Of a DNA stretch of 64,000 bases, positions 47,069 to 56,100 are shown in pieces. Positions within the stretch are counted from its first letter, which is position 1. Every line of letters begins with the position of its first letter. A program made the position numbers and the translations under genes. The DNA is taken from assembly GCA_036149055.1 (NCBI GenBank), contig JAYZQJ010000007.1, positions 32,001-96,000 of the forward strand, given 5' to 3'. A model generated the notes under the pieces. The model made no database searches. It saw only the letters and a program-made list of their open reading frames with translations, and was not told the origin of the DNA. Source of the DNA: Myxococcota bacterium. GTDB lineage: Bacteria > Myxococcota_A > Polyangia > Polyangiales > Sandaracinaceae.

Positions 47069-48430
47069 ATGCACGTCATCAACCCGACCACGGGCGAGAA
47101 GGGCCAGCAGTTCGAGCTCCACACCGACGAGGAGGTGGAGGCGAAGCTGAAGCTCGCCGCCGGCTCCCAGGCGCAGTGGGCCCAGACCCCGCTCCATCAC
47201 CGCGCGGAGCTGCTCCGGCGCGTGGCCGAGAGCCTCCGGTCGCAGAAGCGGCCGCTCGCCGAGCTCATGACCCGGGAGATGGGCAAGCCGATCGCCCAGG
47301 GGGAGAGCGAGGCGGAGAAGTGCGCCTGGGTCTGTGACTACTACGCCGAGAACGCGGCCGCGTTCCTGGCCCGGGAGGACATCGAGACCGACGCGAGCGA
47401 GAGCTACGTCGCCCACCGCCCGTACGGCGTGGTCCTCGCGATCATGCCGTGGAACTTCCCCTTCTGGCAGCTCTTCCGGCACGCGGCGCCCGGGCTGATG
47501 GCCGGCAACGCCATCCTGCTGAAGCACGCCGCCAACGTGCCCGGCTGCGCCGAGGCGATCGAGCGCATCTTCGTCGAGGCCGGCTTCCTCCACGGCCTGG
47601 TGACCAACCTGCGCATGGACCACGACGTGTCCGAGCGGGTCATCCGCGATCCCCGGGTCGCGGGCGTCACCCTCACCGGCTCGACCGCGGCCGGCAAGAA
47701 GATCGCGTCGATCGCGGGCGAGGCGCTCAAGAAGACCGTGCTCGAGCTCGGCGGCAGCGACCCCTACGTCATCCTCGACGACGCCGACCTCGAGGAGGCG
47801 GTGGAGGCCTGCGTGAAGAGCCGGCTGATCAACAACGGCCAGAGCTGCATCGCGGCCAAGCGCTTCATCGTCACCGAGAAGAACCACGACGCCTTCGTCG
47901 AGCGCATGGTCGCGCGGATGGCGGACCAGTCGATGGGCGACCCGATGGAGGAGAGCACCGACGTCGGGCCGCAGGCGCGCGAGGACCTGCGCGACGAGCT
48001 GCACGCCCAGGTCGAGAAGAGCGTGGAGGCGGGCGCGACCGTGGCGCTCGGCGGGGAGATCCCCGACCGGCCCGGCTTCTTCTATCCGCCCACCGTGCTC
48101 ACCGGGGTGGCGAAGGGCATGCCGGCCTACGACGAGGAGCTCTTCGGCCCGGTCGCCGCGGTGATCCGCGCGAAGGACGAGGAGGAGGCGATCGCGATCG
48201 CGAACGACACCTCCTTCGGGCTGGGGGCGGCGGTGTTCACCGCCGACGTCGCGCGGGGCCGCGAGATCGCCGAGACCCGCCTGCACGCGGGCTGCTGCTT
48301 CGTGAACACGTTCGTGCGGAGCGACCCGCGGCTGCCGTTCGGCGGGGTGGGGGAGAGCGGCTACGGCCGCGAGCTCGCCCGCCAGGGCATCCTCGAATTC
48401 GTCAACCAGAAGACCGTCTACGTCGCCTGA
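47069..48430 (+). CDS. NAD(P)-dependent succinate-semialdehyde dehydrogenase family
   Basis: MPWNFP, LTGS, LELGGSD, GQSC, EELFGPV, GYGREL. Confidence 0.92.
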   Translation: MHVINPTTGEKGQQFELHTDEEVEAKLKLAAGSQAQWAQTPLHHRAELLRRVAESLRSQKRPLAELMTREMGKPIAQGESEAEKCAWVCDYYAENAAAFLAREDIETDASESYVAHRPYGVVLAIMPWNFPFWQLFRHAAPGLMAGNAILLKHAANVPGCAEAIERIFVEAGFLHGLVTNLRMDHDVSERVIRDPRVAGVTLTGSTAAGKKIASIAGEALKKTVLELGGSDPYVILDDADLEEAVEACVKSRLINNGQSCIAAKRFIVTEKNHDAFVERMVARMADQSMGDPMEESTDVGPQAREDLRDELHAQVEKSVEAGATVALGGEIPDRPGFFYPPTVLTGVAKGMPAYDEELFGPVAAVIRAKDEEEAIAIANDTSFGLGAAVFTADVARGREIAETRLHAGCCFVNTFVRSDPRLPFGGVGESGYGRELARQGILEFVNQKTVYVA

Positions 48431-48548
48431 TCGTCCGCCGACCGGGACCGTGTCGCTTTTGTGACGGGGCGCCGAAACGTGTTGAACGAATCGATTCGGG
48501 GAACATGATCGCGGCGTCTTGAGCGGAGACGAAAGACCATCTGGGAAG

Positions 48549-49652
48549 ATGGAGGGGCCGAGCGGTTTCGGGCTCGCCAACCTCTACGACTTCTTCGTCG
48601 AGATCGTCGTCCGCGAGCGGGTCTTCCTCACCCTGCTCGGCGTCGGCTTCCTGGTCGCCGCGCTCACCTACGACATCCCGCGGATCGCGATGTGGGTGGG
48701 CTTCGGGGTCGCCGGCTACTCCGCGGTCGCCAACGACAGCATCCAGACCATCGGCACCTTCATCGCGTCCAACCGCGAGCAGCGCTGGTGGCATCTCTGG
48801 CTGTTCATCGGCGGCATCTGGCTCGCGACCGTAGGCTACAGCTGGTGGGCCTACGACGGCGACGTCACCTACGGGCGACTCGCGGCGAAGGGCTTCGACG
48901 AGTCGCCGACCAGCTTCTCGTTCCTGCAGGTCGCGGCGCCGCTCTTCCTGCTCGTCCTGACCCGGCTGCGCATGCCGGTCTCGACCACCTTTCTCCTGCT
49001 GTCGAGCTTCGCCGCCGGCGCAGGCAGCGTCGCGTCGGTGATGACCAAGAGCCTGGCCGGCTACGGCGTCGCGTTCGGGGCGGCGTTCGTGATCTGGATG
49101 GCGACCACCAAGATCATGGACCGGCACTTCACCGGGCCGCCGGCTGGCTTCTGGCGGCCGTTCCAGTGGGTGACCAGCGGGCTGCTCTGGAGCGTCTGGA
49201 TCCAGCAGGACGCGGCCAACATCGCCGTCTATCTCCCTCGCCAGCTGAGCCCCATCCAGGTGCTCGCGTTCGGCGGAGTCGTGTTCGTGGGGCTCGGCTT
49301 CCTCTTCAAGATGGGCGGCGAGCGGGTCCAGGAGATCGTCGACGAGAAGTCGAACGTCGTCGACGTGCGCGCGGCCACCGTGATCGACCTCGTCTACGCG
49401 GTGATCCTCTACGTCTTCAAGATCTGGTCGAACGTGCCGATGAGCACGACCTGGGTGTTCATCGGGCTGCTGGGCGGCCGCGAGCTGGCGATGTCGATCC
49501 GCAAGAGCTCGGAGCTCAGCCTGAAGCAGGCCGGCAAGCTGATGGGGCGCGACGTGCTCGCGGCCGGCATCGGCCTGATCGTCTCGCTGGCCCTCGCCTA
49601 CGCGGTGAACCAGGACTTCCGCGACGAGGTCTGGAACACCTTCGCGGGTTGA
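48549..49652 (+). CDS. PiT-like multi-TM permease
   Basis: ANDSIQTIGT and QDAAN (PiT GAND-like), PVSTT and PMSTT repeats. Confidence 0.7.
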   Translation: MEGPSGFGLANLYDFFVEIVVRERVFLTLLGVGFLVAALTYDIPRIAMWVGFGVAGYSAVANDSIQTIGTFIASNREQRWWHLWLFIGGIWLATVGYSWWAYDGDVTYGRLAAKGFDESPTSFSFLQVAAPLFLLVLTRLRMPVSTTFLLLSSFAAGAGSVASVMTKSLAGYGVAFGAAFVIWMATTKIMDRHFTGPPAGFWRPFQWVTSGLLWSVWIQQDAANIAVYLPRQLSPIQVLAFGGVVFVGLGFLFKMGGERVQEIVDEKSNVVDVRAATVIDLVYAVILYVFKIWSNVPMSTTWVFIGLLGGRELAMSIRKSSELSLKQAGKLMGRDVLAAGIGLIVSLALAYAVNQDFRDEVWNTFAG

Positions 49653-49666
49653 GCGAGACTGCCGGC

Positions 49667-50176
49667 ATGAGCGACGAGCAGCGCATCGAGTCCTTCGAGG
49701 AGTTCTGGCCCTACTATCTGTCGGAGCATCGGAACCCGACCTCCCGCCGGCTGCACTTCGTCGGCACGAGCGGATTCCTGGCGAGCTGCGCGGCCAGCGC
49801 CGCCCTCCACCCGGTCCGCTTCCCGCTGGCGATGGCCGGCTTCGCGGCGATCGGGCGCGACGCGCTGAAGAAGGGCGAGACCGACGGCCCGTCCTTCAAG
49901 CACATCGCCGGCATGCTCGCCTGCGGCGTCGCCGGCTCCCCGCTCACCTTCCCCGCCGGCGTCGTCTTCGCCTACGGCTGCGCGTGGATCGGGCACTTCA
50001 AGGTGGAGCACAACCGCCCCGCGACCTTCAAGTACCCGCTCTGGTCGCTCGCGAGCGACTTCAAGATGTGGTCGCTGATGCTCCGCGGGAAGCTCTGGAG
50101 CGGCGACCCGCTCGAGGAGCTCGGCCTCGAGGACCCCGACGTGGAGCCGCCCCCCGCGCCCCACGTGATGGCCTGA
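49667..50176 (+). CDS. DUF962 / Mpo1-like membrane protein
   Basis: FWPYYLSEH, LHFVG, AWIGHFKVEHNRPATFKYP. Confidence 0.9.
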   Translation: MSDEQRIESFEEFWPYYLSEHRNPTSRRLHFVGTSGFLASCAASAALHPVRFPLAMAGFAAIGRDALKKGETDGPSFKHIAGMLACGVAGSPLTFPAGVVFAYGCAWIGHFKVEHNRPATFKYPLWSLASDFKMWSLMLRGKLWSGDPLEELGLEDPDVEPPPAPHVMA

Positions 50177-50186
50177 GTCCCCGACC

Positions 50187-50214
50187 TGGGAGGAGGGGAC
50201 TGGGAGGAGGGGAC
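50187..50214. repeat. 14-bp tandem duplication TGGGAGGAGGGGAC x2
   Basis: Copies at 50187-50200 and 50201-50214. Confidence 0.8.
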
Positions 50215-50279
50215 GGAGTGAACTTGTGAACTCACGTCGGCGTCATGCCTACGTAAGTTCACAAGTCAACTCCGTCCCC
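50209..50279. repeat. 71-bp inverted-repeat element (REP/MITE-like)
   Basis: 33-bp arms GGGGACGGAGT..ACTTGTGAACT.ACGT.GGC with 4 mismatches and a 5-nt loop. Confidence 0.8.
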
Positions 50280-51750
50280 ATGTCTTCGGATGGGGGCGGC
50301 GTCGGCGGCGGACCCACGGGGCGGCGAGCAGGACGGTGAGCCAGAGGGCGCTCGGGCGGGAGCGGGTCGCGCGGCAGCCGCAGCCTGCTGACTCGGGCGG
50401 CGAGGCGGGGCCGGCGTCCAGGGGCGCGCCGGCGTCGGGGCCCGGCGGCGCGAGGCCGAGGAGAGTCCGGAGCGCGGGCGCGGGGGCGACGACGCCGCGG
50501 CCATAGAGCGGGTCGTGGCCGGTCTCGTCGGGGGTCGCGAACGGCGCCGGCCGCGTGGTCTCGAGCAGCACGTCGTGGATCTCGGCGGCCGTGGCCTCGG
50601 GATCGGCGCTGAAGAGCAGGCCGGCGACGCCCGCCACCACGGGGCAGGCGGACGAGGTGCCGCCGAAGAGGCTCGTGTAGTCGGTGTCGTTCTCGCCCTC
50701 GGCGCCCTGGATGTCGGTCGTGAACGTGCCGGTCGGCGCGGTGAGGTCGAGCGACGGGCCGAAGTTGCTGAACGGCGCGGCCTCGTCGAAGAGGGTCAGG
50801 GCGCCCACCGCGATCACCCCGCGCACGCCGGTCAGCTCGTCGTCCGACAGCGCGCGGTTGTCGTTCCCGGCGGCGAAGACGACGAGCGCGCCGAGACCGC
50901 CGCGCCCGTTGTCGTGGAGGTCCTCCAGCACCGCCCGGAGCATCGGCGGGGCGTCGATGGGCTCGGCGAAGCCCCAGCTGTTCGAGACGACCGCCGCGCC
51001 CTGATCGAAGGCGTAGCGGAAGGCGGCGATGTCCGCGCTGAGCGGCGTGAGGCTGCCGCGCGTGCCCAGCAGGCGGACGCAGCGGAGCGTGCACTCGGGG
51101 CAGACCCCCGCCACGCCGACGCCGTTGTCGCCCACCGCCGCCGCGATGCCCGCGCACGCGGTCCCGTGCTCGTTCCCCGGCTCGCCCGGGACGAAGCTCG
51201 GGTCGTCGTCCTCGTCTCGCACGTCCCGGCCGCCGAGCAGCGCGGCCTCCAGGTCGGGGTGCGTCATGTCGCAGCCGTTGTCGACGATGACGATGGTGGT
51301 CGACGGGTCGCCGGTCTCGATCGCCCACGCCTCCTCGACGCCGATCCGCTCCAGGTACCACTGCCCGCCGTAGCGCGGATCGTTCGGGGGCACGTCGATC
51401 GCTTCCGTCTGCCGCGGCAGGTAGAGGTCGGGCATCACGTCGAGGAGGGCGCCGTCGCCCGCGAGGCGATCCGCCAGCGCCGCGCCGTCCCCCGACGCGT
51501 CACGCACCCGCCAGATGCCGAGCCGCGGGTGGATCGCGCGGGGCACGTCCAGGTCGCGTGAGGCGGCCCAGCGCGCGGCGTCGACCCCGGGCCGAACCCG
51601 CACCAGCGCGTGCGCCCCGACCTGCGCCTCGATGCGCGCGCCGCCCGCTTCGTAGGTCGTCGCCGTCAACGCGTCCGGCGCGGTCTGCGCAGACGCCATC
51701 GCGCCCTGCAGAAGAAAAAACGAAGCGATGAGATTGACAGCCGTTCTCAT
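50266..51750 (-). CDS. S8 subtilisin-like protease with a MYXO-CTERM-like tail
   Basis: IVDNG, HGTACAG, AAGN, GTSSACP; GCGC-TM-RRRRR tail; signal MRTAVNL...ASA. Confidence 0.92.
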   Translation of the reverse strand: MRTAVNLIASFFLLQGAMASAQTAPDALTATTYEAGGARIEAQVGAHALVRVRPGVDAARWAASRDLDVPRAIHPRLGIWRVRDASGDGAALADRLAGDGALLDVMPDLYLPRQTEAIDVPPNDPRYGGQWYLERIGVEEAWAIETGDPSTTIVIVDNGCDMTHPDLEAALLGGRDVRDEDDDPSFVPGEPGNEHGTACAGIAAAVGDNGVGVAGVCPECTLRCVRLLGTRGSLTPLSADIAAFRYAFDQGAAVVSNSWGFAEPIDAPPMLRAVLEDLHDNGRGGLGALVVFAAGNDNRALSDDELTGVRGVIAVGALTLFDEAAPFSNFGPSLDLTAPTGTFTTDIQGAEGENDTDYTSLFGGTSSACPVVAGVAGLLFSADPEATAAEIHDVLLETTRPAPFATPDETGHDPLYGRGVVAPAPALRTLLGLAPPGPDAGAPLDAGPASPPESAGCGCRATRSRPSALWLTVLLAAPWVRRRRRPHPKTWGRS

Positions 51751-51751
51751 T
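51733..51751. promoter_or_regulatory. putative Fur box overlapping a perfect -35 (TTGACA 51734-51739)
   Basis: ATTGACAGCCGTTCTCATT (minus strand GAGAATGAGAACGGCTGTCAAT) compared with the Fur consensus GATAATGATAATCATTATC; upstream of HmuY and TonB receptor genes. Confidence 0.65.
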
Positions 51752-51798
51752 CTCACCAAGGTAGCGCACCTTCGCGGCCCCACGGAAGAGGAAACACG

Positions 51799-52593
51799 AT
51801 GCGCTTGATACTCGGCCTGACCCTGACTCTCTTCGCCGTCGGTTGTGACGACGGCGCGATGGTCGTCGACGACGCCGGGACGACTCCCGAGACCGACGCC
51901 GGCCTCCCGCCCGGGGACTCGGGCGCTCCGCCCGTCGACTCCGGGGCGGCACGCGAGGTCGCCTGCGTCGACGAGTCGATCTCGCAGCTGATGCTCTTCG
52001 ACGACGTCTCGAGCGGCGCCATCACCGAGGAGAGCGCGGAGAGCGGCACCTTCGTGCACCACGTCGACGCGACCGCGGGCGGCCGGGCGCCGACCGAGAG
52101 CTACGTCTACGCGCGCTTCACCGACGCGGGCCTCGAGAAGGTCGAGATCGACGACGAGTCGGCGTTCGAGTCCAACGACTGGCACATCGCGCTCCGCCGC
52201 TTCGTCATCCGCGTCAACGGCGGCGTCTCGGGCCCGGGCACCGTCACCGCGGCCCGCACCGCCCCGGACACCGCCTTCGAGACCCTCGACGCCGTGCCGG
52301 ACGGGCTGATGTACCGCGAGGAGGCGTACTTCACCGACACCTGCGAGTACGTCTCCGACGGGTCGGGCATCGGCTCTCCCGCCACCGCCCTCGCGAGCTT
52401 CTGGACGTACGCCGGCTGCGTCGCGATGACCGGCAACGTCTACGTGGTCGCGCTCCCGAGCGGCCGTCACGTCAAGCTGCAGGTCCTCTCGTACTACAGC
52501 CCGGACGTCCAGACGACCTGCGACGAGAGCAGCACCATCAGCAGCCCGTCGGGCGCGGGCAACCTGCGAATCCAGTGGGCCTTCATCGACTGA
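51799..52593 (+). CDS. hmuY: HmuY-family lipoprotein
   Basis: AVGC lipobox; VDAT...YVY, WHIALRRFVIRVNGGVSGPG, VKLQVLSYY. Confidence 0.82.
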   Translation: MRLILGLTLTLFAVGCDDGAMVVDDAGTTPETDAGLPPGDSGAPPVDSGAAREVACVDESISQLMLFDDVSSGAITEESAESGTFVHHVDATAGGRAPTESYVYARFTDAGLEKVEIDDESAFESNDWHIALRRFVIRVNGGVSGPGTVTAARTAPDTAFETLDAVPDGLMYREEAYFTDTCEYVSDGSGIGSPATALASFWTYAGCVAMTGNVYVVALPSGRHVKLQVLSYYSPDVQTTCDESSTISSPSGAGNLRIQWAFID

Positions 52594-54056
52594 TCGCGCT
52601 CGGCGCGGCGTGCCTGACGCTCGCCTGCGAGGCGGACGTGGGCGCCACGCGCGCCGCCCAGCGCCCGGACACGCCGGACACCACCGATCTCCCGCCGGTG
52701 TTCGGCGACGCCGACGTGGTCGAGACCCACGACTCGGTGGGGGGGCGCTTCCGCGTCCACTTCACACGCGCCGGACAGCACGCCGTGCCCCTGGACGACG
52801 ACGACATGGACGGAACCCCCGACTACGTGCAGGAGGTCGGCGAGGAGTACGAGCGGGTGCTCGCGTTCTTCACCGACGAGCTCGGCTTCGCCGCCCCGCT
52901 CTCCGACGCGGACGTGCCCGACAACGGCGGCGACGATCGCTTCGACGTCTACCTGCTCGACTTCCCGCCCGGCGCCGACGGCTCGTTCCGGCGCGACGAG
53001 TGCACGCTCGCGCCGACGCGCTGCCCCGGCCACATGCTGCAGGAGAACGACTTCGCCGGCCGGGGCTATCCCTCGCGCTCGGTCGCGACCCGCATCCTCG
53101 CCAGCCACGAGCTCTTCCACGCCGTACAAGCCGGCTACGAGGCCGAGCCCGGCGTCGTGGTCGGGGAGGGCACCGCGGTGTGGGCGTCCGAGGCCTACGA
53201 CCCGAGCCTCGACGACTTCGAGAGCTTCGTCGGCGGGTACCTCTCTCGGCCCGAGCGATCGCTCGGCCAGGAGCCCACCGGGCCGGTCGACCCGTTCTCC
53301 TATGGCGCCGGCCTCTTCTTTCGCTTCCTCGAGGAGCGTCACGACCGCGGGGTGATCCGCGAGCTGTGGGAGACGCCCGCGCCTGGTGGCGCGATCGACT
53401 GGCTCGCGGCGCTCGACGCCGTCCTCGCGACCCGCGGGAGCAGCTTCCCGGAGGCCTTCGCCGAGCTCGCCCGGTGGAACCTCTACACCGCGCGCCGCGC
53501 CGACGCGGAGCTGGCCTGGGCCGAAGGGGCCGCCTACCCGCCGGTCACCGAGCGCGCGGTCGAGCTCCCCTACGCCGACGACCTGGTGCGCGTGTTCCCC
53601 GCCTCGGTCCGCTACTACGCGGCGCCCACCGGCGGCCGGGGTGAGGTCGAGGTGGCGTCGACCGCGGCCGATCCGGCGGACCTCGCGGACGTGCGGCTGC
53701 TGCTGGCGTTCGAGGAGGACGGCCGCATCACCCACACCCGGGAGACCGCCGAGGCCCGGCTGAGCGCGCCCGCGCAGACCGCCACGACCGTGCACGTCGC
53801 GCTCGTCGGCACCGCGACCTCGGGCGGCAGCCGGCGCGTCGGGCTCTGCGTCGGCTCTCCGGCCGAGGTCTCGGCGTGCCTGGGCGAAGGGACCGAGGCG
53901 GACGGCGGGCCGACCCCGGTCGACGCCGGCGCCCCCGACGCAGGGCTCGCCCCTCCCACTTCCGGCGGCTGCGCGGTGGGCACGCCGCGCGCCCTGCCCG
54001 CGGGGTGGGCGCTCCTCGCGGCCCTCGGGCTCCTCGCGCGCAGGAGGCGGCGGTGA
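52575..54056 (+). CDS. zinc metalloprotease (HExxH; MXAN_6640-like) with MYXO-CTERM
   Basis: D.D.DGTPDYV, HELFHAVQ, EGTAVW; GGCAV-TM-RRRRR. Confidence 0.85.
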   Translation: MGLHRLIALGAACLTLACEADVGATRAAQRPDTPDTTDLPPVFGDADVVETHDSVGGRFRVHFTRAGQHAVPLDDDDMDGTPDYVQEVGEEYERVLAFFTDELGFAAPLSDADVPDNGGDDRFDVYLLDFPPGADGSFRRDECTLAPTRCPGHMLQENDFAGRGYPSRSVATRILASHELFHAVQAGYEAEPGVVVGEGTAVWASEAYDPSLDDFESFVGGYLSRPERSLGQEPTGPVDPFSYGAGLFFRFLEERHDRGVIRELWETPAPGGAIDWLAALDAVLATRGSSFPEAFAELARWNLYTARRADAELAWAEGAAYPPVTERAVELPYADDLVRVFPASVRYYAAPTGGRGEVEVASTAADPADLADVRLLLAFEEDGRITHTRETAEARLSAPAQTATTVHVALVGTATSGGSRRVGLCVGSPAEVSACLGEGTEADGGPTPVDAGAPDAGLAPPTSGGCAVGTPRALPAGWALLAALGLLARRRRR

Positions 54057-56092
54057 AGCGCGCGCTCGTCGCGGTCCTGTTCATCGGGCTGGGCTCCACG
54101 CCCGCCGCGGCACAGGAGCGCGAAGCCGATGACGTCGTGCTGAGCGACGAGGACGTGCTGAGCGACGAGGACGTGCTGAGCGACGGGGACGTGCTCGAGC
54201 CGGCGCAGACCGAGGACGGCGACGAGCGCGATCTCTTCGACGAGGACGAGCTCACCGTGCCCGAGGTGGTCGTCACCGGCTCGCGCATCGAGGAGCCGGC
54301 CGGGCAGGCGGCGGTGGCGACCGAGGTGATCCGCCGCGAGGAGATCGAGCAGATGGGCGCGCGGGACGCCGCCGAGGTGCTCGAGGAGCGCGCGGGCCTG
54401 CAGCTCCAGCGCTCCTTCCGCGGCACCGAGCTGTGGCTGCGCGGCATGGACCCGGCCTACACGCTCGTGCTCGTGGACGGGGACCGGGTGCCCGGTCGGA
54501 TCGGCGGCGCCGTCGACCTGTCCCGCTACGGCGTCGAGAACATCGAGCGCATCGAGATCGTGCGCGGCCCGAGCTCGGCGCTCTACGGCTCCGACGCGAT
54601 CGGCGGCGTCGTCAACCTGATCACCCGCGACTCGGACCGCGACTTCGAGGCGGACGCGCTCGCGTCGTACGGCCTCAACAACGTCATCGACGCCACCGCG
54701 CGGGTCGCGGGCCGGCCCGAGGAGCACCTCCGGCTCCGGCTCGCGGGCGGGCTCCACTACGCCGACGCCTTCCGTCGCGGCGACGACGAGGCGACGACCG
54801 GCAGCTCCCGCCTCCAGTGGTCGCTCGGCGGTCGCGTCGACTGGCGGCCCGACGCCCGCCACCGCTTCCGGGTCAACGTCGACTACCTCCAGCTCCAGAT
54901 GCAGGGCGTGGACGAGGGCGCGGGCGGCGCGCTCTTCGACCGCACCCAGCTCCAGGAGCAGGCCCGGGTCTCGGGCGAGCACGTGCTGCGCGGCGCCGAC
55001 GGCCTGACGCTGCTCACGCGCTTCACCTACAACCAGTTCCGCGAGCAGTACCTCAACGACCAGCGCGGCAGCAGCCAGCTCGACGACTACGAGGACAACC
55101 GCGAGCACATGGGCCAGGTGACGACGCTCGTGCGCTTCAACCTCGAGGGGCTCGGCACGCACTCCGTCACCGTCGGGTTCGAGGAGCTCTTCCAGTCCCT
55201 CGACTCGGATCGGCTGACGACCTTCGCCCGCCGCGCGCGCTTCGCCGCGCTCGCTCAGGACGAGTGGATCCCCTGGGAGGACGGCGACGCCTCCCTGACC
55301 ATCGTCCCCGGGCTGCGCTACGACGTCGACTCGCAGTTCGGCGATCAGCTCTCGCCCAAGCTCTCGGTCCGCTTCGACCCGGTCTCGCAGCTCGTCCTGC
55401 GCGCCACCTACGGCCGCGGCTTCCGCGCCCCGTCGTTCCAGCAGCTCCTCCTGCGCTTCGAGAACCCGACCGTCGGCTACATCGTCGCCGGCAACCCGAG
55501 CCTCGGCGCGGAGACCTCGCACGGCGTCGACGCCGGCTTCGAGTGGCGACCGATCGACGAGCTCTCGCTCTCGGCGAGCTTCTTCCGCAACGACATCGAG
55601 GGGCTCATCGCCACCGTCACCGTCGACGACCCGACCGCGACCGGCACCCTCTTCAGCTACGCCAACGTCTCGAGCGCGTGGACCATGGGCGTCGAGTCGA
55701 CCGCGACCTTGCGGGTGGACGACGTGCTCGGCGTCATCGCGGGCTACACCCTCACCGAGACCTGGGACGGCCAGAACGAGCGGCACCTCGAGGGGCGCGC
55801 CCGTCACCGCATCACCGCCGCCGCGCGGGTGGCCTACGAGCCCTGGGAGATCAGCTTCGTCGCGCGCGGCGCGCTCATGGTCGACCGCGTCTACTACGTG
55901 GACGTCGACGACGACGGGATCGAGGAGGCGCTGTACCCCGATCCGATCGCGCAGGTCGACCTGCGCCTCTCGAAGACGTTCACGCGCCACCTCGAGCTCT
56001 TCGTCGGCATCGACAACCTGCTCGACGCCGGAGACGCCTACAGCGTGCTTCGGCCCTTCACCGTCTACGGCGGCGCACGCGGCCGCTACTGA
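54053..56092 (+). CDS. TonB-dependent receptor (CirA/HmuR/BtuB-like)
   Basis: VVVTGSR, LVLVDG, IERIEIVRGPSSALYGSDAIGGVVNLIT, GFRAPS, GNPSL, DNLLD; ends RGRY. Confidence 0.95.
   Translation: MKRALVAVLFIGLGSTPAAAQEREADDVVLSDEDVLSDEDVLSDGDVLEPAQTEDGDERDLFDEDELTVPEVVVTGSRIEEPAGQAAVATEVIRREEIEQMGARDAAEVLEERAGLQLQRSFRGTELWLRGMDPAYTLVLVDGDRVPGRIGGAVDLSRYGVENIERIEIVRGPSSALYGSDAIGGVVNLITRDSDRDFEADALASYGLNNVIDATARVAGRPEEHLRLRLAGGLHYADAFRRGDDEATTGSSRLQWSLGGRVDWRPDARHRFRVNVDYLQLQMQGVDEGAGGALFDRTQLQEQARVSGEHVLRGADGLTLLTRFTYNQFREQYLNDQRGSSQLDDYEDNREHMGQVTTLVRFNLEGLGTHSVTVGFEELFQSLDSDRLTTFARRARFAALAQDEWIPWEDGDASLTIVPGLRYDVDSQFGDQLSPKLSVRFDPVSQLVLRATYGRGFRAPSFQQLLLRFENPTVGYIVAGNPSLGAETSHGVDAGFEWRPIDELSLSASFFRNDIEGLIATVTVDDPTATGTLFSYANVSSAWTMGVESTATLRVDDVLGVIAGYTLTETWDGQNERHLEGRARHRITAAARVAYEPWEISFVARGALMVDRVYYVDVDDDGIEEALYPDPIAQVDLRLSKTFTRHLELFVGIDNLLDAGDAYSVLRPFTVYGGARGRY
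54137..54195 (+). repeat. 18-bp tandem repeat (VLSDED x3, third copy VLSDGD)
   Basis: GTGCTGAGCGACGAGGAC x3.3 with one mismatch. Confidence 0.85.
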
Positions 56093-56100
56093 GGTACGAG

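Noticed and set aside
48445..48500. Pho box upstream of the PiT-like gene
   Set aside because: The half-sites are on the opposite strand and 21 bp apart; too weak.
51751..51798. Cobalamin riboswitch ahead of the BtuB-like receptor operon
   Set aside because: The intergenic region is only 48 bp; a Fur-like box fits better.
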